Source: Minisyncoccota bacterium
Lineage (GTDB): Bacteria > Patescibacteriota > Minisyncoccia > Phycocordibacterales > SBAW01
NCBI GenBank assembly: GCA_035628495.1
Contig: DASPJS010000015.1
Coordinates: 1-35,579, forward strand
Reading direction: 5' to 3'
DNA: 35,579 nt
Below, piece after piece: positions 14,940-24,135 of the stretch. The translations under genes and the position numbers were made by a program. Within the stretch, counting starts at the first letter, position 1. Every line of letters starts with the position of its first letter. Below the pieces are notes generated by a model that had not been told where the DNA came from, did no database searches, and was given only the letters and a program-made list of their open reading frames with translations.

Positions 14940-16199
14940 ATGTCGCTCACGGAAACGGGAGCGAACCTGGGACGCGAACTCGGCACGCAGTATTCGGAAA
15001 TTGAAGCACAGCTCACACGCGCGAGCGGCATTTCAATTGTAAGTCTTGTTGAGTCGCTTTTGAGCACCGCGCACCAACTGCGTGCATCTGATATTCACAT
15101 CGACCCAACGCCGACAGGCGTCAGGGTCCGTTTTCGTATTGATGGAGCGCTTCACGACATATGTTTGGTACCGCTGCATGTGCGCGACGAAATAATTGCG
15201 CGCATAAAAATTCTTGCAAATTTGCGCACTGACGAACACCAGGCTGCGCAAGACGGTCGCTTCCGCTACATCGCGCCGCACGGGGAGCAGATTGATATTC
15301 GCCTCTCGATAGCTCCCACCTATCATGGAGAAAACGCAGTTCTGCGCCTTCTTATAAACACGTCTGACCAATTTACGCTCCAAACGCTAGGGTTTAGTGA
15401 GGAGGACCAACAGAAAATAGTTGCCGCTATAAAGCGCCCCAGCGGCATGGTGCTTGCGACAGGTCCTACTGGATCGGGAAAAACGACTACACTATATACA
15501 CTAATTAAGCTCCTCAACGCGCCTGATGTCTCGATCGTCACGATCGAAGATCCAATCGAGTATGCGGTCACAAACGTCGAACAAATTCAAGTGAATCCGA
15601 AAGTTGGTCTTACGTTCGCAAACGGTCTTCGCTCTATTCTGCGCCAAGATCCTAACATCATCATGGTTGGAGAAATTCGCGATGCAGAAACAGCGGGTAT
15701 TGCGGTAAATACTGCGCTTACCGGCCATCTGCTTCTCTCTACGCTTCATACTAATGATGCGGCAACCACACTCCCGCGCCTCTTAGATATGGGTATCGAC
15801 GCCTATCTTGTAGCATCGACCATAAGTGTTGCGATAGGACAGCGGCTCGTACGCAAGATCTGCGCCACCTGCAAAGTAGCAGGGGAAGTAACGCCTGCAA
15901 TTGAAGGCGGTCTCAAGCACCTCAGGCTCTCAAAATCCATTAAAAAAGGCGATATTTTCATGCATGGTAATGGGTGCTCAGCCTGCGGCGGAAGCGGCTA
16001 TTCGGGGCGCGTATGCATAAACGAAGTCTTGGTAGCGGATGAGGATATCAAGGAGGCAATTCTTGATAAAGCGCCGGCGTCGCGCGTGCGGGAGATCGCG
16101 ATAGATAACGGCATGACAACGATTCTTGAAGATGGCATCAAAAAGGCGCGAGCTGGGGAGACGACGATCGAAGAAGTGCTAAGAGTGGTGCACGAATAA
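14940..16199 (+). CDS. pilB: Type IV pilus / type II secretion assembly ATPase (PilB/GspE family), short N-terminus
   Basis: It has Walker A GPTGSGKTT, Walker B IIMVGEIRD, the His box TGHLLLSTLHTND and a tetracysteine motif (CATC...CSAC). I chose the ATG at 14940 because the ORF-track start at 14895 overlaps the divergent gene. Confidence 0.9.
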   Translation: MSLTETGANLGRELGTQYSEIEAQLTRASGISIVSLVESLLSTAHQLRASDIHIDPTPTGVRVRFRIDGALHDICLVPLHVRDEIIARIKILANLRTDEHQAAQDGRFRYIAPHGEQIDIRLSIAPTYHGENAVLRLLINTSDQFTLQTLGFSEEDQQKIVAAIKRPSGMVLATGPTGSGKTTTLYTLIKLLNAPDVSIVTIEDPIEYAVTNVEQIQVNPKVGLTFANGLRSILRQDPNIIMVGEIRDAETAGIAVNTALTGHLLLSTLHTNDAATTLPRLLDMGIDAYLVASTISVAIGQRLVRKICATCKVAGEVTPAIEGGLKHLRLSKSIKKGDIFMHGNGCSACGGSGYSGRVCINEVLVADEDIKEAILDKAPASRVREIAIDNGMTTILEDGIKKARAGETTIEEVLRVVHE

Positions 16200-16212
16200 T
16201 AGACGATCCTGT

Positions 16213-17310
16213 ATGTCATACGTACAAAAATCAATTGATAGAGCGCGTGATGTTCTCACTGCGCCGCGCTTTACACTTAAAGATCAAGTATTCTTTGCGA
16301 AACGTCTTTCTTTTTTGATGAACGCGAATGTTCCGCTACTTGAAAGTCTCCACATGCTTCTTGAGCAGACCAAAAGCCCGCGCCACTGTGCGATGCTCCA
16401 AATAATTGTGAACGATGTCATGAGCGGGCAATCAATTTCTAAAAGTTTTGCAAAATTTCCAAATACATTCAGCGAGTTTGCTGTCTCTATTATTCGCGTA
16501 GGAGAAACAAGCGGCACGCTCTCCCAAAACCTCAACTACTTATCTGACGAATTGCGCAAAAGCCTTCTGTTGCGCAGAAAAATCATTTCTGCCCTTATTT
16601 ATCCGGCCATTATCGCCATCGCGGTCGTCGCTACTGTGGCATTCTTGATGCTCTATTTGTTCCCAAAAATCATGCCTATTTTCTCGAGCCTCAATGCCGA
16701 GCTCCCCCTTGCGACGAAGGTAGTGATGGCGGTGAGTGTTTTCTTTCAAGTGTACGGATTGTGGTTTCTGGTGGGTGTTTTACTCTCGGCGCTTGGCATA
16801 ATCCTTGCTCTTAAATACAGTCCGCGCGTTCATTACTATGGCGACAAAATACTCATTAGGATGCCGTTTGTTGGGAGTGTGGTGCGCTATTACAATGTCG
16901 CAAACATTTCCCGAACATTGGGGCTCCTCTTGCGAAGCGGACTCACGCTCTCTGCTGCATTGCCGATAGTAGCGCAAACGACTAAGAACAAAGCATACCG
17001 CGAGCATTTCGTAGAGCTTCACGAAGTTGTAAATCGTGGCGGGCGGCTTTCGGAGTACTTTAAGGAGCACCCACGGTTTTTCCCGCCGGTTCTTGCCCAC
17101 ATGGTAGCGGTTGGGGAGCGCTCAGGAACGCTTTCTGATTCGCTTCTCTATCTTTCAGACCTGTTTGAACACGAAGTAGACGAATTTACCAAAAACCTCT
17201 CCTCCCTTCTTGAGCCGGCGCTCATGATCGTCATGGGACTCATAGTGGGGCTTATAGCCATTTCAATAATCACTCCAATTTATGGAATTACGCAGAACTT
17301 GCACAACTAG
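16213..17310 (+). CDS. pilC: Type IV pilus platform protein (PilC/GspF family)
   Basis: It has two GspF-type repeats (FAKRLSFLMNANVPLLESL... and NISRTLGLLLRSGLTLSAAL...) and three TM segments. Confidence 0.9.
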   Translation: MSYVQKSIDRARDVLTAPRFTLKDQVFFAKRLSFLMNANVPLLESLHMLLEQTKSPRHCAMLQIIVNDVMSGQSISKSFAKFPNTFSEFAVSIIRVGETSGTLSQNLNYLSDELRKSLLLRRKIISALIYPAIIAIAVVATVAFLMLYLFPKIMPIFSSLNAELPLATKVVMAVSVFFQVYGLWFLVGVLLSALGIILALKYSPRVHYYGDKILIRMPFVGSVVRYYNVANISRTLGLLLRSGLTLSAALPIVAQTTKNKAYREHFVELHEVVNRGGRLSEYFKEHPRFFPPVLAHMVAVGERSGTLSDSLLYLSDLFEHEVDEFTKNLSSLLEPALMIVMGLIVGLIAISIITPIYGITQNLHN

Positions 17311-17812
17311 AGGCGACGCGTCCCGAGCGTATACGAGGGGGTTTACGTTAATTGAAGTGCTCATTGTTATTGGGCTCGTGACCCTTGTCGGCGGTATGAC
17401 GATTATTTTTTCTACAGACTCCTTCCGCGGCCACAATTTCCGTGCTGAGCGCAATACGCTCGTCGCAGTTGTGGCAAAAGCGCGCAGTCAATCTATCAAC
17501 AATATGTGTTTCGGCGAGTCGTGCACGGGCGGCAAGCCGCACGGCGTTCGTTTTGATAAAGATCGCGTCACGATATTCCAAGGTCCTTCCTGGGAAGGCC
17601 GTGACGCTTCAGTTGATGAGGCGTTTCCGATTCACAGTCGCGCTGTAGTGCTCTCGGGGCTACCTCAAATAGTATTTGAGGCACTTTCTGGCAACGCACT
17701 GTTTCCTGGGGGCCCGGGGTCCGTGCAGATACGAGACACGAGTGGCGTCGGATCTTCAACTATTTCATTCAACGCCATTGGCAGGATATGTGTGGACGAA
17801 AACGTATGTTAA
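17282..17812 (+). CDS. Minor pseudopilin (GspH/FimT-like) with prepilin-type N-terminal signal
   Basis: It has the G/FTLIEVLIVIGLV class III signal motif. It overlaps the pilC 3' end by 29 nt. Confidence 0.8.
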   Translation: MELRRTCTTRGDASRAYTRGFTLIEVLIVIGLVTLVGGMTIIFSTDSFRGHNFRAERNTLVAVVAKARSQSINNMCFGESCTGGKPHGVRFDKDRVTIFQGPSWEGRDASVDEAFPIHSRAVVLSGLPQIVFEALSGNALFPGGPGSVQIRDTSGVGSSTISFNAIGRICVDENVC

Positions 17813-19779
17813 ACAATCGGGGATTTTCAGTGTTAGAGATCCTAATCGCAATGACTATTTTAGTGTCTGCGCTTGCAACAACGGTACTTCTCGCCGGAGG
17901 CAATCGTGCACTTGCGGTAGATGCGCAGGTGAGCGCTGAAGCACTACTTGTCGCGCAAGAGTATCTTGAAAGCGCGATGGCTGATGCACGAAAAGATTTT
18001 AAACTCGTCAATCCGACCTCAACGACGCAGCTAATTGAATCTTTTGCTTACTACAAGAATCTACACGTGCTCCCCGTAGATTTTTTTACAAAAGAATTGA
18101 TTGTCGATGTTGGTTGGGATGGCACCTATGGACGCGAGCAGCATCTCTCGCTCTCATCCCTCATTACCAATACGGGGCAAATCAAAGGTGGCGATACGTG
18201 CTACTCAACCCTCCTCGATCCACGCGGAGAGCACAAAGATTGGGAACATCCCATCATTTCGCATAAACTTTTTGGTGATATTGAGGGACTCAATGACTCG
18301 GGAGGCATCTATCCTATTACCGACATTGAGGTATATGAGGAAGATATGTACGTGACGATAAATTCGCAGATTCTTCCGCAAGGACCGATGACTGCACGCA
18401 GAGGCGAAGACATGGAAGCAGTTGGAAGCGTGGCGTGGCAAGGTCCAGAAAATGTCCGGGCGAGCGATGATTCTCGCGCAACGGCTCTCATGAATCGCAA
18501 TACTATCTCACATTTTCTCAGGGCAACGAACTTTGGTTTCAGTATCCCCAAAGGCTCAACTATTGTGGGCATTAAAGTAGAGGTTGAACGCAGTCGTGGC
18601 GTCGGCACAGGCGCCAATCTCCCAATTGAAGATAACGAAGTGCGCATTCTCAAAGGTGACGGTGTCTCCGGAGTACAAAACAAAGCGGCGATGGGAGTAT
18701 CATGGCCCGCGACGGACGCGAAAGCGGTGTATGGAAGCAGCGAAGATTTGTGGGGCGAAGAATGGTCGTCTGAAGATATCAACAGCGAGGACTTTGGCAT
18801 CATGATAAATGTCCGCGGGGGCTCTACAGGAAATCCGCGCACCGCAAATATCGACGAAATCCGCATGACGGTGTATTTCACAAAACAGTTTTATGTTATA
18901 GATCTCTCTGACCCTGAAAAGCCAGTATTTGAAGATGCGTTGGAAAGTAATTCGCTTCCCGTTGGATTTAATAGTGTTGCCGTAGATGGGGAGCGTGCGT
19001 ATGTAGCTACAAACTCCTCCACTAAACAACTTCAAATTATTGATCTCAAAGAGACCACGGTTACAAAAACGTATGCACTTCCAGATGCAGGAATTGCAAA
19101 CACTGTAGTGTATCGCGACGGCTTTGTATTTTTAGGACGAGAAAAGGGAAGTGGGCCAGAATTTTCTATTATTGCTGTTCATGACCCAAACAATATCGCA
19201 GCACCTATCGGAAATTTCGAAGTGAATGCAGGCGTCGAATCAGTTGTGCTTCACGGTTCCTATGCGTTTCTCGCGACCAACGACAGTGCCCGCGAGCTCA
19301 TAATACTTGATATCCGCGACTACCGATCTCCTCTCCTTTTGGGTGCATATAATGCCCCAGGTTCGTCTGGGTTTGGTCTTGGCAAAAGTATTTACAGCGT
19401 GGGCGACACTCTGTATATGGGCAGAACGTATGTGAGCAATGCGGGAGAATTTTTAGTACTCGACGTTGTAGATCCGTCGCTCATAACCGTGAAGGACATG
19501 CGAGATATAGGGCCAAATAGCAGTAATCCTTTTGGAGTCTACGGAATAATTGTGCGCGATTATCTTGCATTTATTCTCACCCATTCGCCGAGTAAGGGAG
19601 GCGCAATTCACGTGGTAAATACTCGGGGCGGACTCGAGGACGTGGCTATGTTTACGTTTCCTCATGGAGGATCAGGCGTTGCGATGGATTGCGAAGGCAA
19701 TTACCTATACGTTGCATCTAAGCCCATTGAAGGGCCAGAAGAGAATAAGAGTTATATATCAATAATTACCGCACCATGA
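17806..19779 (+). CDS. Large pilin-like protein (657 aa): prepilin N-terminus, central beta-rich domain and LVIVD-type beta-propeller
   Basis: MLNNRG/FSVLEILIAMTILV is the prepilin motif. About seven repeats spaced 45-50 aa apart end in hydrophobic-x-(I/V)(I/L)D strands: FYVIDLSDPEKP, LQIIDLKE, FSIIAVHDPNN, LIILDIRDYRSP, FLVLDVVDPSL, IHVVNTRGG and ISIITAP. The ATG at 17806 overlaps the previous stop (ATGTTAA). Confidence 0.7.
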   Translation: MLNNRGFSVLEILIAMTILVSALATTVLLAGGNRALAVDAQVSAEALLVAQEYLESAMADARKDFKLVNPTSTTQLIESFAYYKNLHVLPVDFFTKELIVDVGWDGTYGREQHLSLSSLITNTGQIKGGDTCYSTLLDPRGEHKDWEHPIISHKLFGDIEGLNDSGGIYPITDIEVYEEDMYVTINSQILPQGPMTARRGEDMEAVGSVAWQGPENVRASDDSRATALMNRNTISHFLRATNFGFSIPKGSTIVGIKVEVERSRGVGTGANLPIEDNEVRILKGDGVSGVQNKAAMGVSWPATDAKAVYGSSEDLWGEEWSSEDINSEDFGIMINVRGGSTGNPRTANIDEIRMTVYFTKQFYVIDLSDPEKPVFEDALESNSLPVGFNSVAVDGERAYVATNSSTKQLQIIDLKETTVTKTYALPDAGIANTVVYRDGFVFLGREKGSGPEFSIIAVHDPNNIAAPIGNFEVNAGVESVVLHGSYAFLATNDSARELIILDIRDYRSPLLLGAYNAPGSSGFGLGKSIYSVGDTLYMGRTYVSNAGEFLVLDVVDPSLITVKDMRDIGPNSSNPFGVYGIIVRDYLAFILTHSPSKGGAIHVVNTRGGLEDVAMFTFPHGGSGVAMDCEGNYLYVASKPIEGPEENKSYISIITAP

Positions 19780-20276
19780 GCCGCGGATTTACACTAATCG
19801 AAATAGTCATTTACATGGGTCTTTTTGGCCTACTCATGGGTGGTGCGGTTGTTGCCGCGAACGATGTCTTTGAATCAAGCGGGCGCGGAGGTGTGCGGGC
19901 CGTGCTTGGCGAAGAAGGTGATTTTATTCTCTCTAAAATAAACTGGGCGCTGCGTGATGCGGCGAGGGTTATTGAACCTCATGCACTTGTTGGGTGCTCA
20001 GCATCTTCGTCTGCTCTCATCATTGAGACGCAAGATACGCGTCTCACGATTGACGAGGTGGAAGGAAGCGTACAGGTGCTAGACGGTATTTCATCGTCGC
20101 GCACTATCAATGCTCCAGACACAAAGGTCTCAAATCTTTCGTTCTTGTATTGCGCGGGAAGAGATGCGCTTGAGTGGGAGCGTATCGAAGCACAATTTGA
20201 TTTGACTTCACTCGGCACTGTTGGACTGCCAGTTACACAATCATTTAGACGAGTATTTTATCTGCGCGCACTATGA
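19776..20276 (+). CDS. Minor pseudopilin with prepilin-type N-terminal signal
   Basis: It begins MSRG/FTLIEIVIYMGLFGLL. Its start overlaps the previous stop (ATGA). Confidence 0.8.
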   Translation: MSRGFTLIEIVIYMGLFGLLMGGAVVAANDVFESSGRGGVRAVLGEEGDFILSKINWALRDAARVIEPHALVGCSASSSALIIETQDTRLTIDEVEGSVQVLDGISSSRTINAPDTKVSNLSFLYCAGRDALEWERIEAQFDLTSLGTVGLPVTQSFRRVFYLRAL

Positions 20277-20737
20277 ATCGAGGTGGTACATCCCGAGTTT
20301 CTGAGAGGGGCTTTATTGCATTGACTTCCGCGGTCTTAATTTCAGGCGTACTTATGTCACTTGCTGCGTCGGTAAGCTCTGCGGCTTTTTTCTCTCGCTT
20401 TAATGCACTCAGCAGCGAGTTCAAACGAGTGTCGCTCTCGCTTGCGGAGTCATGTGCGCATATCGCGCTCCTAGAAATTGCTCAAGACTACGATTGGGCA
20501 GTAACCACAGAAAATAGCGAGGTGTGGCTTGGGGAGGAAAAATGCACGCTTGTATCATCCCACACGCAAACATCTCATGGTTCGCGAATATTTACTGTAA
20601 CCATGCGCGCAGAGTTCCGAAATACCTTTAGTGTTCTGATTATTCAAGCAAAAGCGCGGGATCCTTCAATAGTGTCGCCCGTGTATTCGCCCGCAGTCGA
20701 AATTGTGTCGTGGAGAGAAGTCGTTACAGTACCGTAG
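20273..20737 (+). CDS. PilX-like, membrane-anchored pilus-associated protein
   Basis: ERGFIALTSAVLISGVLMSLAA is a hydrophobic N-terminus without a canonical Glu5. The gene is translationally coupled to its upstream neighbour (ATGA overlap). Confidence 0.5.
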   Translation: MNRGGTSRVSERGFIALTSAVLISGVLMSLAASVSSAAFFSRFNALSSEFKRVSLSLAESCAHIALLEIAQDYDWAVTTENSEVWLGEEKCTLVSSHTQTSHGSRIFTVTMRAEFRNTFSVLIIQAKARDPSIVSPVYSPAVEIVSWREVVTVP

Positions 20738-20777
20738 TTGCGCAAAGATTATCCGTATAGTACGTTCCACTAAAATC

Positions 20778-21263
20778 ATGAGACAGAAAACTTCGCTCCT
20801 CGGATTCACCCTTATTGAAGTGCTTATCGTCATCGGCATTATTGCTATTCTTGCATCTATCGTCGTTATTGCTATTAATCCCGCTAAGCAATTCGCACAA
20901 GCACGTAACACGCAGCGCGAGAGCAACATCAACACAATTCTCAACGCGATCGGACAAAAAATTGCAGACAACAGAGGCATCTTTGATGGCGGCGACCCGT
21001 CATGTCCGTGGCTTGATCCTGATGTGACCTACAACATCTCAAGTGCCGATGGTGCGGCGAACATGGATATCTCGTGCCTCACGCCTCTCTATATTCCCAT
21101 GATGATTCCCATTGATCCTGAGGGTGGACGATGGGTTTCGGCGAGCGATTACGATACAAAATACACGATTAAGAAAGACGTACTAGGTCGCTATACCGTG
21201 TGTGCTCCAAATGCTGCGGAATCGGCTCTTCCAAGCTCTCGGCCACTATGTGTAACCCGCTGA
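20778..21263 (+). CDS. Type IV pilin, candidate major subunit
   Basis: It begins MRQKTSLLG/FTLIEVLIVIGIIAILASIVVIAINP, followed by a long alpha-1 helix, and has C-terminal Cys residues. I chose the ATG at 20778 within ORF 20703..21263. Confidence 0.8.
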   Translation: MRQKTSLLGFTLIEVLIVIGIIAILASIVVIAINPAKQFAQARNTQRESNINTILNAIGQKIADNRGIFDGGDPSCPWLDPDVTYNISSADGAANMDISCLTPLYIPMMIPIDPEGGRWVSASDYDTKYTIKKDVLGRYTVCAPNAAESALPSSRPLCVTR

Positions 21264-21388
21264 TTTCTAGCGCATAGCGCGTCCCTTGACGTCAATAAGA
21301 GAGGGGTGATACCCTGCGGCAGTTTTCTCTCTCCTGGGAAGGGGCGTTTGAAGCATTATTCGCACGTTAATCGTTAACCTTTCCCATT

Positions 21389-22324
21389 ATGAAATCTAGA
21401 GCGAAGAAGAATTCTAATATTCTTCTCTACCGAGTCATGAGTGTTGCGCTTGCAATACTAGCGGTTGTCATTGCGTATTCTGGGCTTATGTGGTCAAGCC
21501 CCATGGCCTATGCGCAAATTGTTATACCGGGCGCCGGTGACATTATTTGTATTGTTGACGGACAGCTCGACGAAAATGGGCTCCCTATTCTCAATGTCCC
21601 GGAGTGCGAGGATGATGAAGAAGAACCTCCGGTGGATGCGTGTCCGCATGAAGAAACTGATCCTGGACACCAAGATGAGGGACCATGCAACGAAGATGAT
21701 GTATGTCCCAACGATGACGGTATTCAGACCAATGAAAGTGAGTGCACTCCTGATGAAGTGGAGGATAAATGCCCCAACATCGATGGCACACAAGAATCTG
21801 TGCCCGACGGCAAAGAAATTGTTGACGGTAATTGCGTAGATAAAGCACCTCAAGGCGGCGGCGGTGGAGGCGGCGGAGCCCCAACACCTCCTAGCGGAGG
21901 CGGGGGTGGGGGTGGTGGCGGAGGCGTTATCTCTGGCCCGCTCGCACCAGGCTCTGTGAATACCAATCCAACCGGAGGTACTGTTCTTGGAACCTCAACC
22001 CAAAGTGGCGCATGCGGTCTATATCTTACGAGCTACTTGCGCATGGGAGACAATAACGATCCTGAAGAGGTAAAAAAGCTTCAAACATTTCTCAATCAGC
22101 ATATGAACGAGAATCTCCCGGTAACTGGTTACTTCGGTATTATGACGTACGATGCCGTTCGAAGATTCCAGCAAAAATACACACTTGACGTGCTCAAGCC
22201 TTGGCAGGATGCGGGTCTTATGGACAGCCTTACTCCAACCGGCTACGTCTATAAGACGACGCAGCGCATGATCAATAATCTCCAGTGCTCAGGGCTCAAT
22301 CTTCCTGTTCCACAGCTTCCGTAA
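21389..22324 (+). CDS. Secreted or anchored protein with an acidic Cys-rich repeat region, two poly-Gly tracts and a C-terminal peptidoglycan-binding domain
   Basis: After an N-terminal TM helix come repeated CPN(D/I)DG(I/T)Q motifs within D/E-rich sequence, then G8 and G10 tracts. The C-terminus EEVKKLQTFLN...VTGYFGIMTYDAVRRFQQKY resembles a PG_binding_1 domain. Confidence 0.7.
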   Translation: MKSRAKKNSNILLYRVMSVALAILAVVIAYSGLMWSSPMAYAQIVIPGAGDIICIVDGQLDENGLPILNVPECEDDEEEPPVDACPHEETDPGHQDEGPCNEDDVCPNDDGIQTNESECTPDEVEDKCPNIDGTQESVPDGKEIVDGNCVDKAPQGGGGGGGGAPTPPSGGGGGGGGGGVISGPLAPGSVNTNPTGGTVLGTSTQSGACGLYLTSYLRMGDNNDPEEVKKLQTFLNQHMNENLPVTGYFGIMTYDAVRRFQQKYTLDVLKPWQDAGLMDSLTPTGYVYKTTQRMINNLQCSGLNLPVPQLP

Positions 22325-22345
22325 CGAAAGCATTAGCTAGAAAGC

Positions 22346-22387
22346 GCCGAGGGGACCAATCTTTTTATATAGATTGGTCCCCTCGGC
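22346..22387. terminator. Bidirectional terminator with a 17-bp perfect stem
   Basis: GCCGAGGGGACCAATCT-ttttatat-AGATTGGTCCCCTCGGC lies between convergent genes. Confidence 0.75.
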
Positions 22388-22463
22388 TTACATCTGCAGT
22401 TTCTTCATAACGGACGTTAAGTTGTATTAGTAAGCTAGCGCAATATATCAGAGGCGCTCTGAA

Positions 22464-23522
22464 CTAAATATGAATTTGCTGTCCGCGCTTTGATCTCGTG
22501 AAATCAAGCGAGAGATGATTCTTAGCAGGACCGTTTCCCATCGCTATTTCAGGCGCCATCTCCCTCGTAACGCCAACCGGTAGAGACACCGAAACAGTAG
22601 TGCCGCGATTTCGAGCGCTCTCAATGTGAATTTTGCCTCGATGTGCGCGCACAATTTCATTAACGATGGATAGACCAAGCCCTGACCCTTGGGCACGCAC
22701 GCTGCGCACGCGGGACATGTCGGCGCGATAAAATGGCTCAAATATGTGTGCTAAGTCTTTTTGGGCTATGCCTATACCATTATCAACTACAGAGAGGATG
22801 ATAGAGCCCTGATAATTGGGGGTAATCGATACTACGACGCGGCCACTGCCGTTTTTCTGCGTATAAATAAGTGCATTCTTAAGCAAGTTGGTTATGACCT
22901 GCTCGAGGCCCGCAGCGTTGCCCCACACGACACCGTACCCATTTCTCTTGATCTCAATCTCAACCTTGCGCTCCTGCGCAAGCTCTACGTGGCGTCGCAC
23001 TACTGTGTCGACTATTGGCAAGAGATCGACGTTCTGGAACTTCATGCGCTCAGGGCGGGTGAGCGTGTTAAGCGAGAGGAGGTTATTAATGATTTCGGAA
23101 ATACGATCGAGCTCAACAATGATCTCATTGAATGTTCTACGCGTGCCTGCGTTAAGTTTGCCATCTATCATCGCGACCTCCGTTGAGGTCTTAATAACCG
23201 AGAGTGGTGTTCGCAGTTCGTGAGCCACGTTTGAGATGAATAGCTTTTGGTATTGGAGGATACTGCGCGAGGGAATAATCATGTAGCGCAGGAATAAGTA
23301 GCCGGTGAGGATTGCCACCAGTGCTATGCCTACAAACACGTACCATACGCTAAATACGGCAAGTGCGAGGAAGAAGAACGCTACGAATACGGTCGTGAAG
23401 AGCGATAGTAGTATCGCTATGGTAACTGTTGAGCGAAAGAGGATATCAGCCTTGTATCGCTCCCGCCAGGCGGTAACCAACTCCACGAACCGTTTCAAAT
23501 AACTGCTTACCATCGTCTTCAT
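22464..23522 (-). CDS. Sensor histidine kinase, minimal two-TM (intramembrane-sensing type)
   Basis: It has the H-box SNVAHELRTPLS, N-box LLKNALIYT, G1 VVDNGIGI and G2 GSGLGLSIV. Two adjacent TM helices have almost no external loop, and there is no HAMP domain. The start is uncertain (ATG 23522 or 23513, GTG 23486), but every option overlaps the upstream response regulator. Confidence 0.88.
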   Translation of the reverse strand: MKTMVSSYLKRFVELVTAWRERYKADILFRSTVTIAILLSLFTTVFVAFFFLALAVFSVWYVFVGIALVAILTGYLFLRYMIIPSRSILQYQKLFISNVAHELRTPLSVIKTSTEVAMIDGKLNAGTRRTFNEIIVELDRISEIINNLLSLNTLTRPERMKFQNVDLLPIVDTVVRRHVELAQERKVEIEIKRNGYGVVWGNAAGLEQVITNLLKNALIYTQKNGSGRVVVSITPNYQGSIILSVVDNGIGIAQKDLAHIFEPFYRADMSRVRSVRAQGSGLGLSIVNEIVRAHRGKIHIESARNRGTTVSVSLPVGVTREMAPEIAMGNGPAKNHLSLDFTRSKRGQQIHI

Positions 23523-24135
23523 GGTCTAGTTTCTTACGAAGATTTTTCATGTGTACATCAAGTACATTCGACCAGGAAAGAGCATTAAAGTCCCACACGT
23601 GGTCAAAGAGCTTTTCGCGGGAAAGGACGACGCCTGGCTCGCGCATAAAGCACTCAAGCAGCGAGAATTCTTTAAGAGTGAGCGGAATCTCCCTTCCTTC
23701 TTTGCGCACAACTCTCGCCGCAGTGTCCATTTCAAGGGGGCCTACTTTTAAGACAGAAGCTTGCAATTGTGAGGGACGACGGAGAACGGAATTAATGCGA
23801 GCTAGTAGCTCTTCAAAGGAGAAAGGTTTAACGATATAGTCGTCAGCTCCTTTATTGAGGAGGTCGACTTTGTGTTCGGTCTCGTTGCGAGCCGTTAAAA
23901 TAATGATCGGTGTAGTGACGTTTTCTTTACGCACCGCTTCCGTGATTTGTGCTCCATCCATGCCGGGAAGCATGAGGTCGAGAATTATAAGATCATATTC
24001 ATCTTTATAGAGGAGGATACGAGTGCGGGCTTTTTCGGGATCGGGGAGCCAATCCACTGCAAAACCTTTTAGTGAAAGACCTTTCTTAAGTGCTTTAGCT
24101 AACTTCTCTTCATCTTCTACTATAAGTAGGTGCAT
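23446..24135 (-). CDS. OmpR/PhoB-family response regulator
   Basis: The receiver domain has LIVEDEE, DLIILDLMLPGMDG and VKPF. The winged-helix output domain ends in TVRGVGYRL. Confidence 0.92.
   Translation of the reverse strand: MHLLIVEDEEKLAKALKKGLSLKGFAVDWLPDPEKARTRILLYKDEYDLIILDLMLPGMDGAQITEAVRKENVTTPIIILTARNETEHKVDLLNKGADDYIVKPFSFEELLARINSVLRRPSQLQASVLKVGPLEMDTAARVVRKEGREIPLTLKEFSLLECFMREPGVVLSREKLFDHVWDFNALSWSNVLDVHMKNLRKKLDHEDDGKQLFETVRGVGYRLAGAIQG

Noticed and set aside
21851-21925. The G-rich tract might form a G-quadruplex or be a non-coding simple repeat.
   Set aside because: It is in frame within a well-supported ORF and encodes poly-Gly. Only two runs of three or more Gs are close together, so it does not form a canonical four-run G4 motif.
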